From contig NC_045697.1 in assembly GCF_009834535.1 (NCBI RefSeq), positions 15,192,001-15,256,000 on the forward strand: a stretch of 64,000 bases of DNA, in the 5' to 3' direction. Positions 51,488-64,000 of the stretch are shown here, one piece after another. The first letter of the stretch is position 1, and each line of letters starts with the position of its first letter. The translations under genes and the position numbers were made by a program. The notes beneath the pieces are model-generated. The model made no database searches. It had not been told where the DNA came from and saw nothing but the letters and a program-made list of their open reading frames with translations. The stretch is from Camelus ferus. Taxonomy: Eukaryota.

Positions 51488-54400
51488 CTAAAAACAAAGA
51501 AGTCTGCGTGAGCCTCAAAAATGCTTCTATGTTTCTCAGTAAGACTTCTTTAACTTTTGTGTAAGACAATATGTGGTTTACAAAGTGTTTTAGCCTTTTT
51601 AAAAATGACCACTCTAGGTCTGTGGTTCATCCCTGTTACACGGGAAAGATAATGGTCTCTATGCCCCAAGGTTGGCAGCGTGGAGAGTTCATGGTGATGT
51701 TCTGAGCATAGAAGGTGCTCAATATATGTTAGCTGTCATTATTACAATAATCTGCAAAGTCGAGATTATAAATTTTATAGACATTATTACAGACTATAGA
51801 GAAGACTGAGTCTTGGTGAGGTTTAAATAACTTGCTGTAAGACACAAAATAGACTGAATCCAGAGCTTTAAGACTGAACTAACTGAGCTCAGTCCTGGTT
51901 GTGTGTCTGTCATTTTACATTTTATAAAGTATACTGGGGAAAACAGAGGCCAAGTGTTAACAAAAGAGCACCTACTTTTACATTCACCATTATTTGCTAT
52001 TCCCTACATATTATATTGTAATAATTACATACTACTTGTAGTATGTTTTATACACATGATTTCTTATATCTATTTATAACCCATTATAGCCTATTATTTA
52101 TATTCTATTTATATTACATTATATTTATGTAATATTCGGTATGTAATGATGGCACTTAATGATTAAATAGAAGTATTATGCTTTTTATAAATAATCATTC
52201 TCCTCCTCCTTACCTTCAGGAGTTAGGGAGGAAATGCTACCAGGAACTCATTCTTTAATCTTTTTAGTAAAAGGCAAAGATTCACAATCGACAAAAAATA
52301 TATAAAAATATGTATGAAAGGTCCCTCCCTGCCTTCTGAAAGTTGATTTTCTGGTGGGAAAGAAACATGTAGACAATTCATTACAACCCAGTAAGGTCAC
52401 TGGCGAGGTGCGTGGTGCTCTGCAGGGAAGGCTTCCATCTGGCTGAGGAAGACCAGGGAGTCGTCTCGGGAAGGTTGCAGGCTATAACTCACTGGTGTAT
52501 TTAGTCAGTGTTTACTGGGTTCCACTGCAAGCCTTGACCTTGTTGAGGTCCTAGAGATAAGCACTGTGAACAAAGCACAACCCCTGCCTTCCATCAGGCA
52601 ACTCACAATCCCAAAAAACCCCCAAGGAAAAGCGCTGTTCATCTACTGAGCGAAGATTCTGGAAGAGCTGTAACTGTTTCCCTCTTCTCACTCTTTTCTC
52701 TCACTCACATTTAATTTAATCAGAAAGTGTCTCAACGGAGCTTCAATGGAGCAAAACAACAAAATAACCTGGCAAACTTCATTTGTTAATTGGGTTGATT
52801 TAGGTCCATATTTTTAACACAGGACACATAAGCTTAAATGCTCTCTAAGTAGAAAGAGTGTGCAACCCACGGAGACCAAGTCCCCCTTGAAATCCTGCTT
52901 GGGAACCCAGCGCTTTGGAGGCTGCTCAGAGCAAGTCACTTCAGTAATTCAGCGTCACACCTGAAGCATTCAAGCTTCAACCAGGCTCTGCATGCAACTG
53001 ATTTTTAGATTTTATTTTTCTTCATTTTTCTGTTTAGATCTTTAACTGGAATCCTGCACATTTTATCATATACCTCTGCCTTACCCCACTCAGAACGTGA
53101 TTTCAAAATTCTTTACCTTTCTAGTTAAAATAACAAAGAGGCAGAATTTTCATACTGTAAGAATTTCCCACAAGAGCAAAAGCAAATCAGTATAATTTGG
53201 GTGATGAGAAACTTGGAGAGTTTTTTTTTTAACATACAATCCCAAGTCCTTCCTTGAAGAACATCTCTGCTAACAGAGCTTTATCTTGCTGTATTAGAAA
53301 AAAAAAAAATTCTTTCAAGGACCGTATTGAGATTGAACAAGTTTCTCTGGGTTCTCTGTATTCAAGGAAATTGAATCACTTCGGTCCCCAGTCCCTTAAA
53401 TTCTGACTTCTAATTGCCTAATTTGTAAAACAGTTCAGCTGCCTTGCCAGCCTCAAAGGGTTGCAGCAGAGGGTCCTGGAACATAAGGTAGCATCTGGAA
53501 AACTACAAGAAAAAATATAAATCATTATGATGTCACTTGAGATTTTAGGTCACTAAAATTTTGCTGCCTCCCACTTTGGAAACAGTGAGATACAGTAGGG
53601 AAAACAATGGTCTGGGAATTATAAGATGCTGAAGAATTGAGTTTTTTACTTTGGGTTTATCACTAACTAGCTGACTGACCTGAGAACAAATCACACGATG
53701 CTTTCCGAGTTTCATTCTCACTATTCATGAGCACATCGGACTATATTATTTCCAAGTCCCTTGTCATTGATAAGAATCAGTGTTTCAATAATCATCTGTT
53801 AATTTGATTAGCATTTGCTGAGCATTTAAAATGCTCAACACAGCATCAGTCACTGTGGATCCAGGGAGAAAAAGGTAGAAAAAGTTAACATCAAAATCTG
53901 GCCAAAGAAGCAAGACAACATTATGAATCAACCAGGCTATATGCACGTGGCAATATCTGAGAAGAGATACCAGTCTGTGGTATCGGTTAGACAAGGTACC
54001 AGGCATGAAGAAAAGGGGCCTGCGAGGTTAAGAACTAGCTGTGCAGCCATAGGCAAGTCACAGAACCTCTCCGGACCTCCATTTCTTCATCTAAAAGATG
54101 AAGAGTTTGGGGTCATGTAATCATCTCCATAGTCCTTTCAGTGGCATCTCACCTGGTCATTGGATGCTACTCTGCGCAAGGCCACGTGGAGGTCAAAGAA
54201 CCCTGGGGCCCAGTTAGGGAAATACGTCCAGTGACCACAGAGCCTGGACCGCACAGGACAGTCCCGAGTTATGCTGGTGTCCCTCAGTAACAATTAATAG
54301 CACCAACAGCACTCTCCTCTCCCAGTTTCACTCCCCGAATGTTTCAGTTTGGATGACCACCTATAGTCATCACCCTGGTAATCAAACATCATACACACAA

Positions 54401-56089
54401 GCCGATAAGGCGGGATGGTGAAACAGGAAGTGTCATGGATGGAAGAGAACGTAAGTGCCTGAGGGCCTCAGGAGTGGAGGAATTAATAACCCGTTTGCTT
54501 CATGAAGGAGTCAGAACTGGATTTAAACCTAGAAGGTGTGACAGCAGAGGGGAGGGGTTTCAGCACAATATGTATACTTATGCTGAACTTCAAACTGCTT
54601 CCCAGGTCATCCTACATTTTAATTATAGAGCAGTGCGTGCACCCCTTTTGCCCTCAATGGCACATTTAACTTCATCATGCCCAAATCTTTATTGGCCTTA
54701 CCCTCCTTCCGGGGACTACTGACCCCAGCTACTTAAATGCCCCTCAATGAACAGGCCAAGAATGACAAAAGTACTGCTTATCCTGTGTGGATCTAGTAAA
54801 TCTCTGCTTACTGGATTTCAAGAATCTTCTCTGGGCTCCACCTTTAGCACACCATTCTTTCTGCTTTACATTTTCACTTTGGGAAACATCAGTCATCTCC
54901 AATCATTGCCTGAATTGATTTCTAAGCTGTATTTTGAGCAGTTGTGTTGAACCAGGATGTCTCTTTTGGAAACCGGGCTCTTCTTTCCAGCACTGGACAG
55001 CGCCGGCTTACATTATCTATCCCTGGACACTGAAGCTTGACCTCTACAATGGCGAACACAGTATCTGTTCTACCTTATGGCTATTCATTATTTAAATGTT
55101 TATCTGCCTTGAGAGCCTGGACTATGTCTTCATTAATATTGAAACATCAGGGCCTTGTCTTGTATCTGACAGCGCCCAGTAAATACGGCTGAATTGACAT
55201 GACTGTTGTTTTTAATTCCCTGTTCTAACATTCACCCGCTACCAACTCTTCTTATTTTTGTCTCTGAATAGAGATAATGCATACCTCCACAACTTCACAG
55301 GTAATTTAAACTTTGTCTTTATGCAACAGACAGAATATTCACTTCTCTAGGAAGCTCTACAGAGGACTAACAGTTATTCAATTTTCAGTATCAAGCTAAC
55401 TCAAAATGGGGAGACTCGCAGCTGTATTTCCCCTTTCCTGTTTTTCTAGCAACATGGTCACCATTTTAGTCCCTGACTTTGCTTCTCTCATTCTTCTCTG
55501 CTGCCAGCAACTGTAGACTGACCTCTATTTGCTTTCCCCCCATCTGTTTTACAAAATCACTCTGCTTCTATTTTCATCTTTGCTTTCCAGCGTCTAAACC
55601 TCTGAAGCCGTGACCTTTCAAGAAAATATAGCAATGGTCTCTGTGCATCTTCTGATTGAAAAATCAAAACTGAGCCCATACATGGTATAATTATTCTGTG
55701 TGTGCAGAAGTGGTGTCTGCACTTGCGGAAGGCAGATAATTGGATTTCAGATTACTGATACAAACATGCACACTCCACCTGAGCCCTGGCAACTTTCTCC
55801 TCCTAGGGCCCCAGAGAGACTTGAAACTGCAGTTCTTCTGCCAACTCTTATCCCTACACAGCTGGCTTCTAGGTCCTGCCTGTCCTAGCATCTGAAAGTC
55901 TCCAACTCACCTCTTTATTCTTTCTCCAGAACCATCTTCACTGCTCCAATATGGGCCACCAGTATCATTCATCTGGCCATCTGGTCCTTACCTCCTTCCT
56001 GCCTCCAATCATGTCCTCTCCCCACCATCTCCCACGTAGTTACCTCAGTTTCCATAAAACCTTAGTTGGGTTTTCCCTTCAAACATTCT

Positions 56090-56430
56090 CAACAAGGTTT
56101 CCGAGCCCAAATAATTTCCTTTAAAGATTAGTTACCAACATTGAAAAATCAGGAGATTCTCCACTAAAATGAGACTTCTGTCTTAACAGGTCTGGCAACA
56201 CTAGGCCATCTTACCCAAGGGGCCATAAGCCCACAGAGCTGAGTAGTGGCCGCCCCATCGGAAAGGACAGGAGCTGTCTTGTGCGCCACAGTCTTCTCCA
56301 CTCACTATTGTTTTGATGTCACCAGAGGTGGGGCCATTTACTATGTGCTGATATATCACTGGAGACACTTAACTCGTTTACACAGCCCGGCTGGTTCCTG
56401 GGGACAGTGGTCATCTGTAACACCTGCAGT
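56090..56430. mobile_element. MER102-like hAT DNA transposon
   Basis: aaaatcaggagatt...tctggcaacact...gctgagtagtggccgcccc...gccacagtc. Confidence 0.55.
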
Positions 56431-56524
56431 GTGATTCTTACCAGATGTAGGAATGCCAGAATAAGAATTAGTTAACACTCAGAGCCACATGTGAGCAGTA
56501 ATCCCAAACCAGGCTTCAACTTAC

Positions 56525-56615
56525 CTGCAGGTTCTTGTTGAGGATGTAAAGTTGAGTGGCTGTCTTTACAAACATTTTAGTTAATATCTTATCAAGTTTT
56601 ATCATAATGCCACGT
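56525..56615 (-). pseudogene. TRPM-like exon: MHR3
   Basis: Donor CAG|GTAAGT and an upstream pyrimidine tract; IDVAL..(frameshift)KLDKILTKMF resembles LSLALAWNRVDIARSQIF. Confidence 0.55.
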
Positions 56616-58769
56616 CTATAATTGGATATTTGAAATATAAAGGAAGAATAGAGAAGAAAAATGGCTGGGGAAAAAATGTAATTTCTTGATAACTCTGAAA
56701 AGCACTTTCTTGTCATTTTCTGAACTGATTACTAGCACAATGAAAAAAAAAGGAAAATCTTTTAGATTTCTCTGAAATGGAATTTAACTTAAAACTCTAG
56801 TGGCCCAATTTCTGCTACATTTCATTCCCTCTCTGTAGAATTTAAGTATAAATTATGGTTAGGCAATGAAGGAGTCAACTCAAAAAGTTAGCTATAATAC
56901 TATAATAAAAATTAATTTTAGAAGCATATTAGCATTTTTAATATACAGTCTAGTTTATAATAAAGTGACATTTTAAAATAAAGTTAAAAGCAAGTTAACT
57001 TGCTATCACCACTAATTTTATATACCTTTGCTGTTAGCATTCTTTTTAAGCAAATTTTTAATACAGCTTCAAAATTTTCCTCCTAAATCAGAATCAAAAG
57101 ACTTTTTCTTCCTGTAATAATGTCTGGAATCTCCTACTGATGATACTTTTAAGACAACATATTTGTTTGACATTAATTATAACTGATAATTGAAACCAGA
57201 GTCTCATTTAAGCCATACTCTTACAATGTACTAGGTGTTTATAGTTATTAGGACTGCAATTAGAAAATACTGAAAATTTAGAAAAACAAACATTATAATA
57301 AAACTCTATAGGATTTGAGGAGTAGAGATAGGATTACGTAGGATTATCCAGTTTCATGTAACCAACCCCAAAGCAACATCAGACAGAAAGGAGATTCTGG
57401 AAATCACTGCCCCTGGAAAAGGAAACTTTATCAGACGTAGAGTGTAAGACCAAAAAGAATATGTGTGAGTAACTAGCTCTATGCAAACACAAATAACTCG
57501 ACAAACTGTTACTGAAATAGTCACCCCCTTTCACATCTGGCAAAGGACAGGAAATTTCACGAATTTGTGCAAGCAGGCAGAATGGCTGAGGGAGACATCT
57601 GACTCACATTAACGACTGTCTTGTGGTTCCTTTGAGGACCAATTTTCCTTATTTAATTGGCCTCTACTGTGTTATTAGATTAACTACCGCCTTAGAACAG
57701 TGCTTCATTTACCTAAAGTTATCCCTAGAGCTTTACTTTTGCAACTCTGAGTGTCCAGTTATCAGTTTGTTTCTGAAAGGAGTTTAAGAAAATGAATTAA
57801 AAGGGTGTTGCATCAAACATAGTCCAAAATAAAACTCATATATTTAAGATGAAGAGATAGCTTTATGAAGAATTTAGAAGGGTTTAAAATATTTCATATG
57901 TCAGATAACTATAATTTTAAGTAAGTTATTGATTTTTTTCCCCCATTCTTTGCTAAATGAGTGTGATTACCTCATCTCACCTACATTATGCTTAAAGAGA
58001 AATCCGGACCTTGGACAAAGGAATTTGAATTCTATGAGGATATATCTCAGTCACACTTCAGATAATTGGCTGTCATATACTCTGAAATTTCTACTGACAA
58101 TCAAAAAATAATCAGGTAAAAACTTTTTTTGTTCTTAAAGGAAATTTAGACCCTAAATCTCAAGGTAGATGCCTTGTGCACAACTGAAGTCACATACATA
58201 ACCCATTAAGGACATACGAATATAGACATAGATGTGGTTCTGGGATGCTAATGTAACAGTTCTACAGTCACTATTTTATTTTGCTGTATCTTTGAACTGA
58301 TTAATTTCTTTTATGTATAGAGAATCCTGACATTCTATCTTCCTAAACTCTAAGTTGCCTGTTCCTGCCACCAGCCAGCTCCTACCTCATTCTACAATTC
58401 TCAGTGCTACAAAGGACAACTATATTTTTCCAACACACAACAAACTGCTCAAGATCATCAAAATTAGGGCATATGTTAGGCACACAAAGATATTAAAGAT
58501 TATTTTGTCATCAATTGTTCAAGGCGTAAAGTTCTAGAATTTATCTTCTCTCCTCAACAGTTATATATGCTCATTTTGGCTATGCTCCTTATATTTCAAA
58601 TACTAAAAAGTAGAACTTATTTCCTCAAAGATTTTGTAACTATATAATGGGCTTTAATTGAACAAAATTCACTAGTTTTAAGGATTAACAGACTTTGGTG
58701 AATTTATACACTCATTCAAATTAAAAAGTCAAATCAAACCCTAAAGTCATCTTTAATGTCTCTTTTTAT

Positions 58770-59810
58770 CATTTCACATCCAATCCATTAGCAAATTTCT
58801 TTGACCGAACCTTTGAAAAATGCCCAGAATTTACTTTTACCACCTGCACCACTATTACCTAGTCCAAAGCCTCTGGCTTCCACCTGAATTCTTACAATGG
58901 GCTCCAACTGATCTTCCTTCTTGGCTGACAAACAATAGCCCAAGCAATCTTCTAAAAACATAGCTCAGACTGTGTCACCTTTCTGCTCAAAAGTCCTCAC
59001 ATTGCTTCTCATCCTACTCAGAATAAAATTCCATCTTACCCACGAGGCTCCCTCTGAACCCCGTCCATCTCGTCTGTCTTCCTCTCACCCCTACTGCCCA
59101 CTCTGGCCTCCTTGACCATCTTGCTACTCCCTGACTAGACCAGACGCAGTCCCACGTCTGAGCCCTTTTCATCTGTTCACTCTACTGTGACGTTTCCTCT
59201 CCCACATACTGGCCTGCACACGCCCTCTGGTCACTCAGGTCCAAATGTCACCTCCTCTGCAAGACCTCTTGTACCACCTAATGCCAATTAGCATCTCCAT
59301 CCTCACCCTCTGTGAATTTAGACTGCTTCATTTTGCTTCTTAGAAAGAGTTTAGAACGCACAGTAGTGAGCACACCTAGTGTCCTATGTGAGGGACAGAG
59401 ACAGAATGGAGATGACAGCCAGGACCCCATCTATTCATTCAACACAATATTTATTGTTCCTTTGTGCCAGACTGGGTCCTAGACACTGACTATATAATCG
59501 ATGATAAAATAAATATAAATATATGACCTAAAGGAGCTTATCTTCCTAATCGAGAGAGAGAAGAATAAATAAGTAAAATGTAATCAGATGGCTGTGACTG
59601 CTATGGGGACAAAAAAAAAAGCAGGGAAAGGGAATACGAGAGGTGCATAGGGAAAGGCAGAGAAGAGGGGTCCTGGTTGCCAGTAGAGGACGCCAGGAAA
59701 GTTTTGTTGAGAAAGTGACATTTTAGTAAAGGCTGTGTTTGTCTTGCTCACTTGTGATTCTCAGTCTGATGGCAGGCATTCATGAACTATGTGCTGAATG
59801 AATGGATAAA
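58770..59810. mobile_element. L2 LINE fragments
   Basis: cacatccaatccattagcaaat..., gtcacctttctgctcaaaa..., attcattcaacacaatatttattg. Confidence 0.6.
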
Positions 59811-61999
59811 TGAAATGAAGGCAGAATTCCCAAGCATGTATCTTAAGCAAAAATATAAAGTGTCTCTATTGCTGTTTTGACAATATCACCCAAAGAAATA
59901 TTACTCTATGAAGAAAAGTTATTCTTTAGCAGAGGCAACCAGAATCAACTTCATATAATTCCTAGGCAGCTTTTAGTGAGTGTGTTATCCATGTAAATGG
60001 CTTATGAACCTCACAGATTGAATCTATTTAGTTTTGCAAATGGCCTATGTTAGAACCTGATGGAAAAACTATTTTAAATATTCCTGGAAGTAGTAGACAG
60101 CAACAGATTTCTGCTTCCTGCACGTGACATATACCTGAACAATCAAATATGCACCATCCCCTCTCAATGTTTATTTGTCCATAAGAGGGCAGGCCTGTTA
60201 CCCAAGTAAAGATAATCAGGTCCCCACCAATATTTTTGATGTATAGATAGGAAAGGAGAATGTCACTTTTCCTTTCTGAACAACAAAGAAAGGAATGAGA
60301 TCAATTTAAGAGTGCTAAAATCTTACCCACCGTGTAGGGTAAACCAGTCAAGTCCCAAAGCAAAGCAGTAGATCTGAGAGCAAAGAAAAGGAAGAGAGAG
60401 TAGGACAGAGCAAGGAGGAAAAAAGAAAGAAAAACAAATCATGATTTTGTTTGAGCTCCTAGATCCAACCATACGTGAAACTACATCCTCATTTCCACTC
60501 ACTCTTTTTAGCTATGGAAGTTGAAATTAGCCTCTGAGATTGTGCCTAAAGATGGTCTGTGAACACATTTACAGAATAAAGGACTTATTTATTATATATT
60601 TCTCAATTTTGTTTGAAAAAAGTGAATATTAAACAAACTATAATTCCATTTTGCTTTAAATGCAAAAGCAGTAAGTTTTTGATTTTGCTGTAACATACCT
60701 GAATATATAAATGTTTTTCCATAGCTAAAAGTGTATTAATTCTGTGAAACTCAGACTAGTAGTGACTTTGTTACATGATTCACATCAGATAAATATTTGC
60801 ATGTGCCCACGGACTCACACTGCTGGTATAGAATCATCCAAAGATGGGTTATAGTATTCAACATACTTCCTCACTATGAGGTATGGCTAAACTGTTTGAA
60901 TTCCATATAAGCTGTTTCGTACTTCACTTCCATGCATAATACTGCAATCTATTCTACACAAAGTGAAAATGTTCTCAAATGTTTGTAAGCAAGGCACACA
61001 CAGATTTTTTCCTTATTATCAAGAATATTCAACACAGCAACTATTTTGGCGCCTAGTGATGCAAACATGCTTTTCCATAAAAACTGTGTTTTTTAGGGCA
61101 AGCTTATTTTTGCATGCATGCTTTATGAAAGTCTACCATGGGTGTGACCATGCCCCATATGAACAAGCAATGAGAACACACTCATGTATGAGTCTTGTAT
61201 CAACACTGCCAGACTGGAAATCCCAGGGTTAATCTCTGGTTACTGGACATCTGTCACACATGCTCATGTCTGGGTTGCCAGAAAATAGAAGTATTAGAAA
61301 CAGAGGCATGTTTTTTAATAGACGAGAGACTAGGAATGTTTCTTTTCCCCTTTCATACGCTGACTTTTATTCACATATCAAATGTTGGGGAAAGGATGCC
61401 GTGGCTAGACTTCAGATTTGTTAAAAAGAAGGAGTCCCTGGAACCCCCTCAGGCTGAGCACCAAGTCCTTACAGCAAAGCCACAAGAAAGTAAGTTTACA
61501 AAAGTAGTTTTAATGATCTTTCAGTGAGATAAAGCAGCGGGAGCAGGCTGGTTGGTAGACATAAATTCAGGAAGCTGATTTCTCTGCTAGACGCATGCAG
61601 GGACAATTCAGTTTAGCACATTCCACATGCTAATAATTTGACTTTCCTAAGGTGATGCTTAAAGAAACAAACTGGATGGGTGATATAAAGGTTTTAAAAA
61701 GTCAGCACTTAGTGATGGAACCACATACGTTATCCCAAGGAGCTATAATTGCAAATTAATTCTTTTTTTTCTGCAGTCTCATATTTCAACAATTTAAGTC
61801 ACACATAAAAGCAGCACTCATTCATGAGAAGAGGAAAAAAAATCTAAATAACTAATGAATTTCTTTTCAGAATGATGATTCATCTGTTTGACTTCTGAAA
61901 GATGGATCCTCACGAGAAACAATAGACGACTCAATCATTTATTAACCTATTGAGACACAATCACTTACTATTTATGATCATGTCCATCATCAAGAAAAA

Positions 62000-62116
62000 C
62001 AAAGGAAGGACGGGGAAGGGAGGGAGAGGGGGAATGATGGAGGGAGGGAAGAAAGACTGAAGATGGGAAGGGAAAAGGAAAGGGAAGGAAAGGAAAGGAA
62101 AAAGAAAAGAAAGAAA
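62000..62116. repeat. GA-rich low-complexity / (GGAAA)n tract
   Basis: Seen directly in the sequence. Confidence 0.8.
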
Positions 62117-63382
62117 AACCCCAACAAAAAAAGAGATCAACCTAAAATTCACATCTTGATGTATCGAATTCTAAATTCCACACTAAATTATAACAAATGA
62201 CTATTTAAAATTACTAGAAAGGTTTCAACCACACACTCACCAAAACAAAAAATAAAATAAAATAAAACCTATTAAGCATCTATCTATAAGGTGACTTTGA
62301 CAAATTTGATAAAAAAATAAATCTCAACCCCACCAAAAATGCCATGAGACTAGAAGGATTGTTTCTGAAATGACGGCCACAGCTGCATTTTGGTTTTAAA
62401 TAAAGCTTTCTGAGTTACATTCCTGAGGCTTGGTAACTGAAACAATTTGCTTTTCTACAAGTATCAACACATACTACTGTTAATCAGCAGCTTAAATCAA
62501 AACTGGGACAAATACAATGAACTGAGACTTTGTTTGCAAACCATCTCTGGATTCGGGCAATTCACAGCAAGTCTTCCCCATTAGTACTGCTAACTGAAAT
62601 TTGTTATATAAATTGCTTTCTCCCTAATTCCCTGAGGGGGATCAGGGTCAAGCCATATGTGAGTGTTTATTCAGGGGAAGAAGCAGGAAGCAGTTCCAGG
62701 ACCAGAAATAAGCCTGCCGTCCTTCGCCATGATACCCCCAGGGAGCCGCCGCTCCCATCCACAGCACAGACGGCCCCAAGCGCAGGCATGTCTGGCCATG
62801 GGAAGTCAGGGTACTAGGAAAGGCATCAATCTCCCCTGTTTTAGGGTTGGAGCCCTAAAACATTCTTAAAGTGTAAGAACGGCCGCTTGCATAATGCATA
62901 CAGGATACTGAGAAGGAGGAGGGCTCAGAGAAACGGAAAGGAAAAGAAGGTATAGAATACGCTGCCTCTCTCCACGACAGCAACAGTCACAGTAAGAGGA
63001 CACTGTCTAGGAGCACAGGTCAAACTGCATTTGTTCCCCCCAAAACAGAGTGAAGATTCCAATCGAATTCCACCCCCATCTATAGCTCAGCCTGGAATCT
63101 TTCATTACAGTGCTTTCAAGATTATTAGATTGCTAACTTGTATCAGAATTATATACGTATGTGTCTTTCCTCCTCAGTAGATTATATTAACTATAATCTA
63201 AATCACAATTTGCCATGATATATTGCAAACAATGGAGATGTAATAAATTGTTGAATTTTGTGCCACAAAGTGGCGAAAGGGGTCATTTAAATAACCCATC
63301 CAACTGGAAACAGGAATGAGCCTCACTTTTATAAAAATTTTTTCACATCAGAAGTGGGGGTTGTAGAGAGCAGGCATACTAC

Positions 63383-63633
63383 CTCTGGTCTCATCAAGTC
63401 TTGATATAAATCACTAGGATCAGCGTTAATTTGCAAATTCCCCACTGTTACATTCTTTGTCTCTAGAATGCAAAAACATGCACATTGGTGTAACACCACC
63501 TCTACAGCAGACCAGCACTGTTCTTCCAACTGTTTACACCAGACCCAGGCACTGGCCGCTCCGAGGCAATGATGCTGATAAAGCCTGCGGTCGACCCTGA
63601 CAGTGCTGAAGGGTCCTTTGGCATAAGACACAA
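63383..63633 (-). pseudogene. TRPM-like exon: end of MHR2 / start of MHR3
   Basis: Acceptor ttttttcaatgtAG, donor GAG|GTAGTA; 251 nt open frame VVSYAKGPFSTVR...ILETKNVTVGNL...DLYQDLMRPE (cf. TRPM8 IVCFAQGGG..ILECSHLLTV). An alternate frame gives RPVPGSG (cf. VVVEGSG). Confidence 0.6.
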
Positions 63634-64000
63634 CTACATTGAAAAAATGGCTCTCACCAAATCAGCTAAGTGAAGATCAAGCAGCAGAAACCACAATTCT
63701 AGGAATCACTCAGATTTGATGCCATAGTCATTCTAAACTGAGCTTTCTCACCCAAATGAATTTTCTGAACTTTTTAGAGTCATGTTTTCTTCACAGTGAG
63801 TGAAGGAAAGAAAAGCATTTGTACCTCCTAATTTACAGAGATGGTCTACATCTTTAAATGCTTAAATAATCTTTAAGAACTCTCCCAGGTCATCCTCCCT
63901 TGTAGAAATCATGAACTGCCCTGGGAGAACCAGTGGAAAGACTGAGCCTGTCCAGTCTCTGAATTCTTTCAGGTGATATTGTCATGGGCATTCAGTGACT

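Noticed and set aside
60327..60373. Exon-like 47-nt segment with strong minus-strand splice sites (one frame gives TALLWDL, like LALAWN)
   Set aside because: It lies inside what looks like an MLT1 LTR remnant (about 60300-60530), so it is probably coincidental or later exonisation.

Overview
AT-rich, repeat-laden mammalian genomic DNA, probably camelid (two tRNA-derived SINEs resemble the camelid Vic-1 type). No intact protein-coding gene is supported. The main signal is a chain of about 20 minus-strand exons spanning nearly the whole window (63.6 kb down to 0.56 kb), most with canonical splice sites and often compatible phases. Translated in order, they reproduce the motif order of a TRPM-type cation channel: MHR2/3/4, pre-S1, S1-S6, pore and TRP helix. 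The sequence is highly divergent from TRPM1-8, appears to carry internally repeated MHR4 segments and a long S3-S4 loop, and has many stops, frameshifts and a few dead splice sites. It looks like a unitary pseudogene of an unrecognised TRPM-like gene that extends beyond both window edges. Its introns contain a full-length RPS23 processed pseudogene with a TSD, LINE-1/L2/MIR/MLT1/MER repeats, microsatellites and a candidate enhancer. All protein comparisons were made by eye against TRP sequences recalled from memory and need HMM/BLAST confirmation. Repeat subfamily names and boundaries are approximate.
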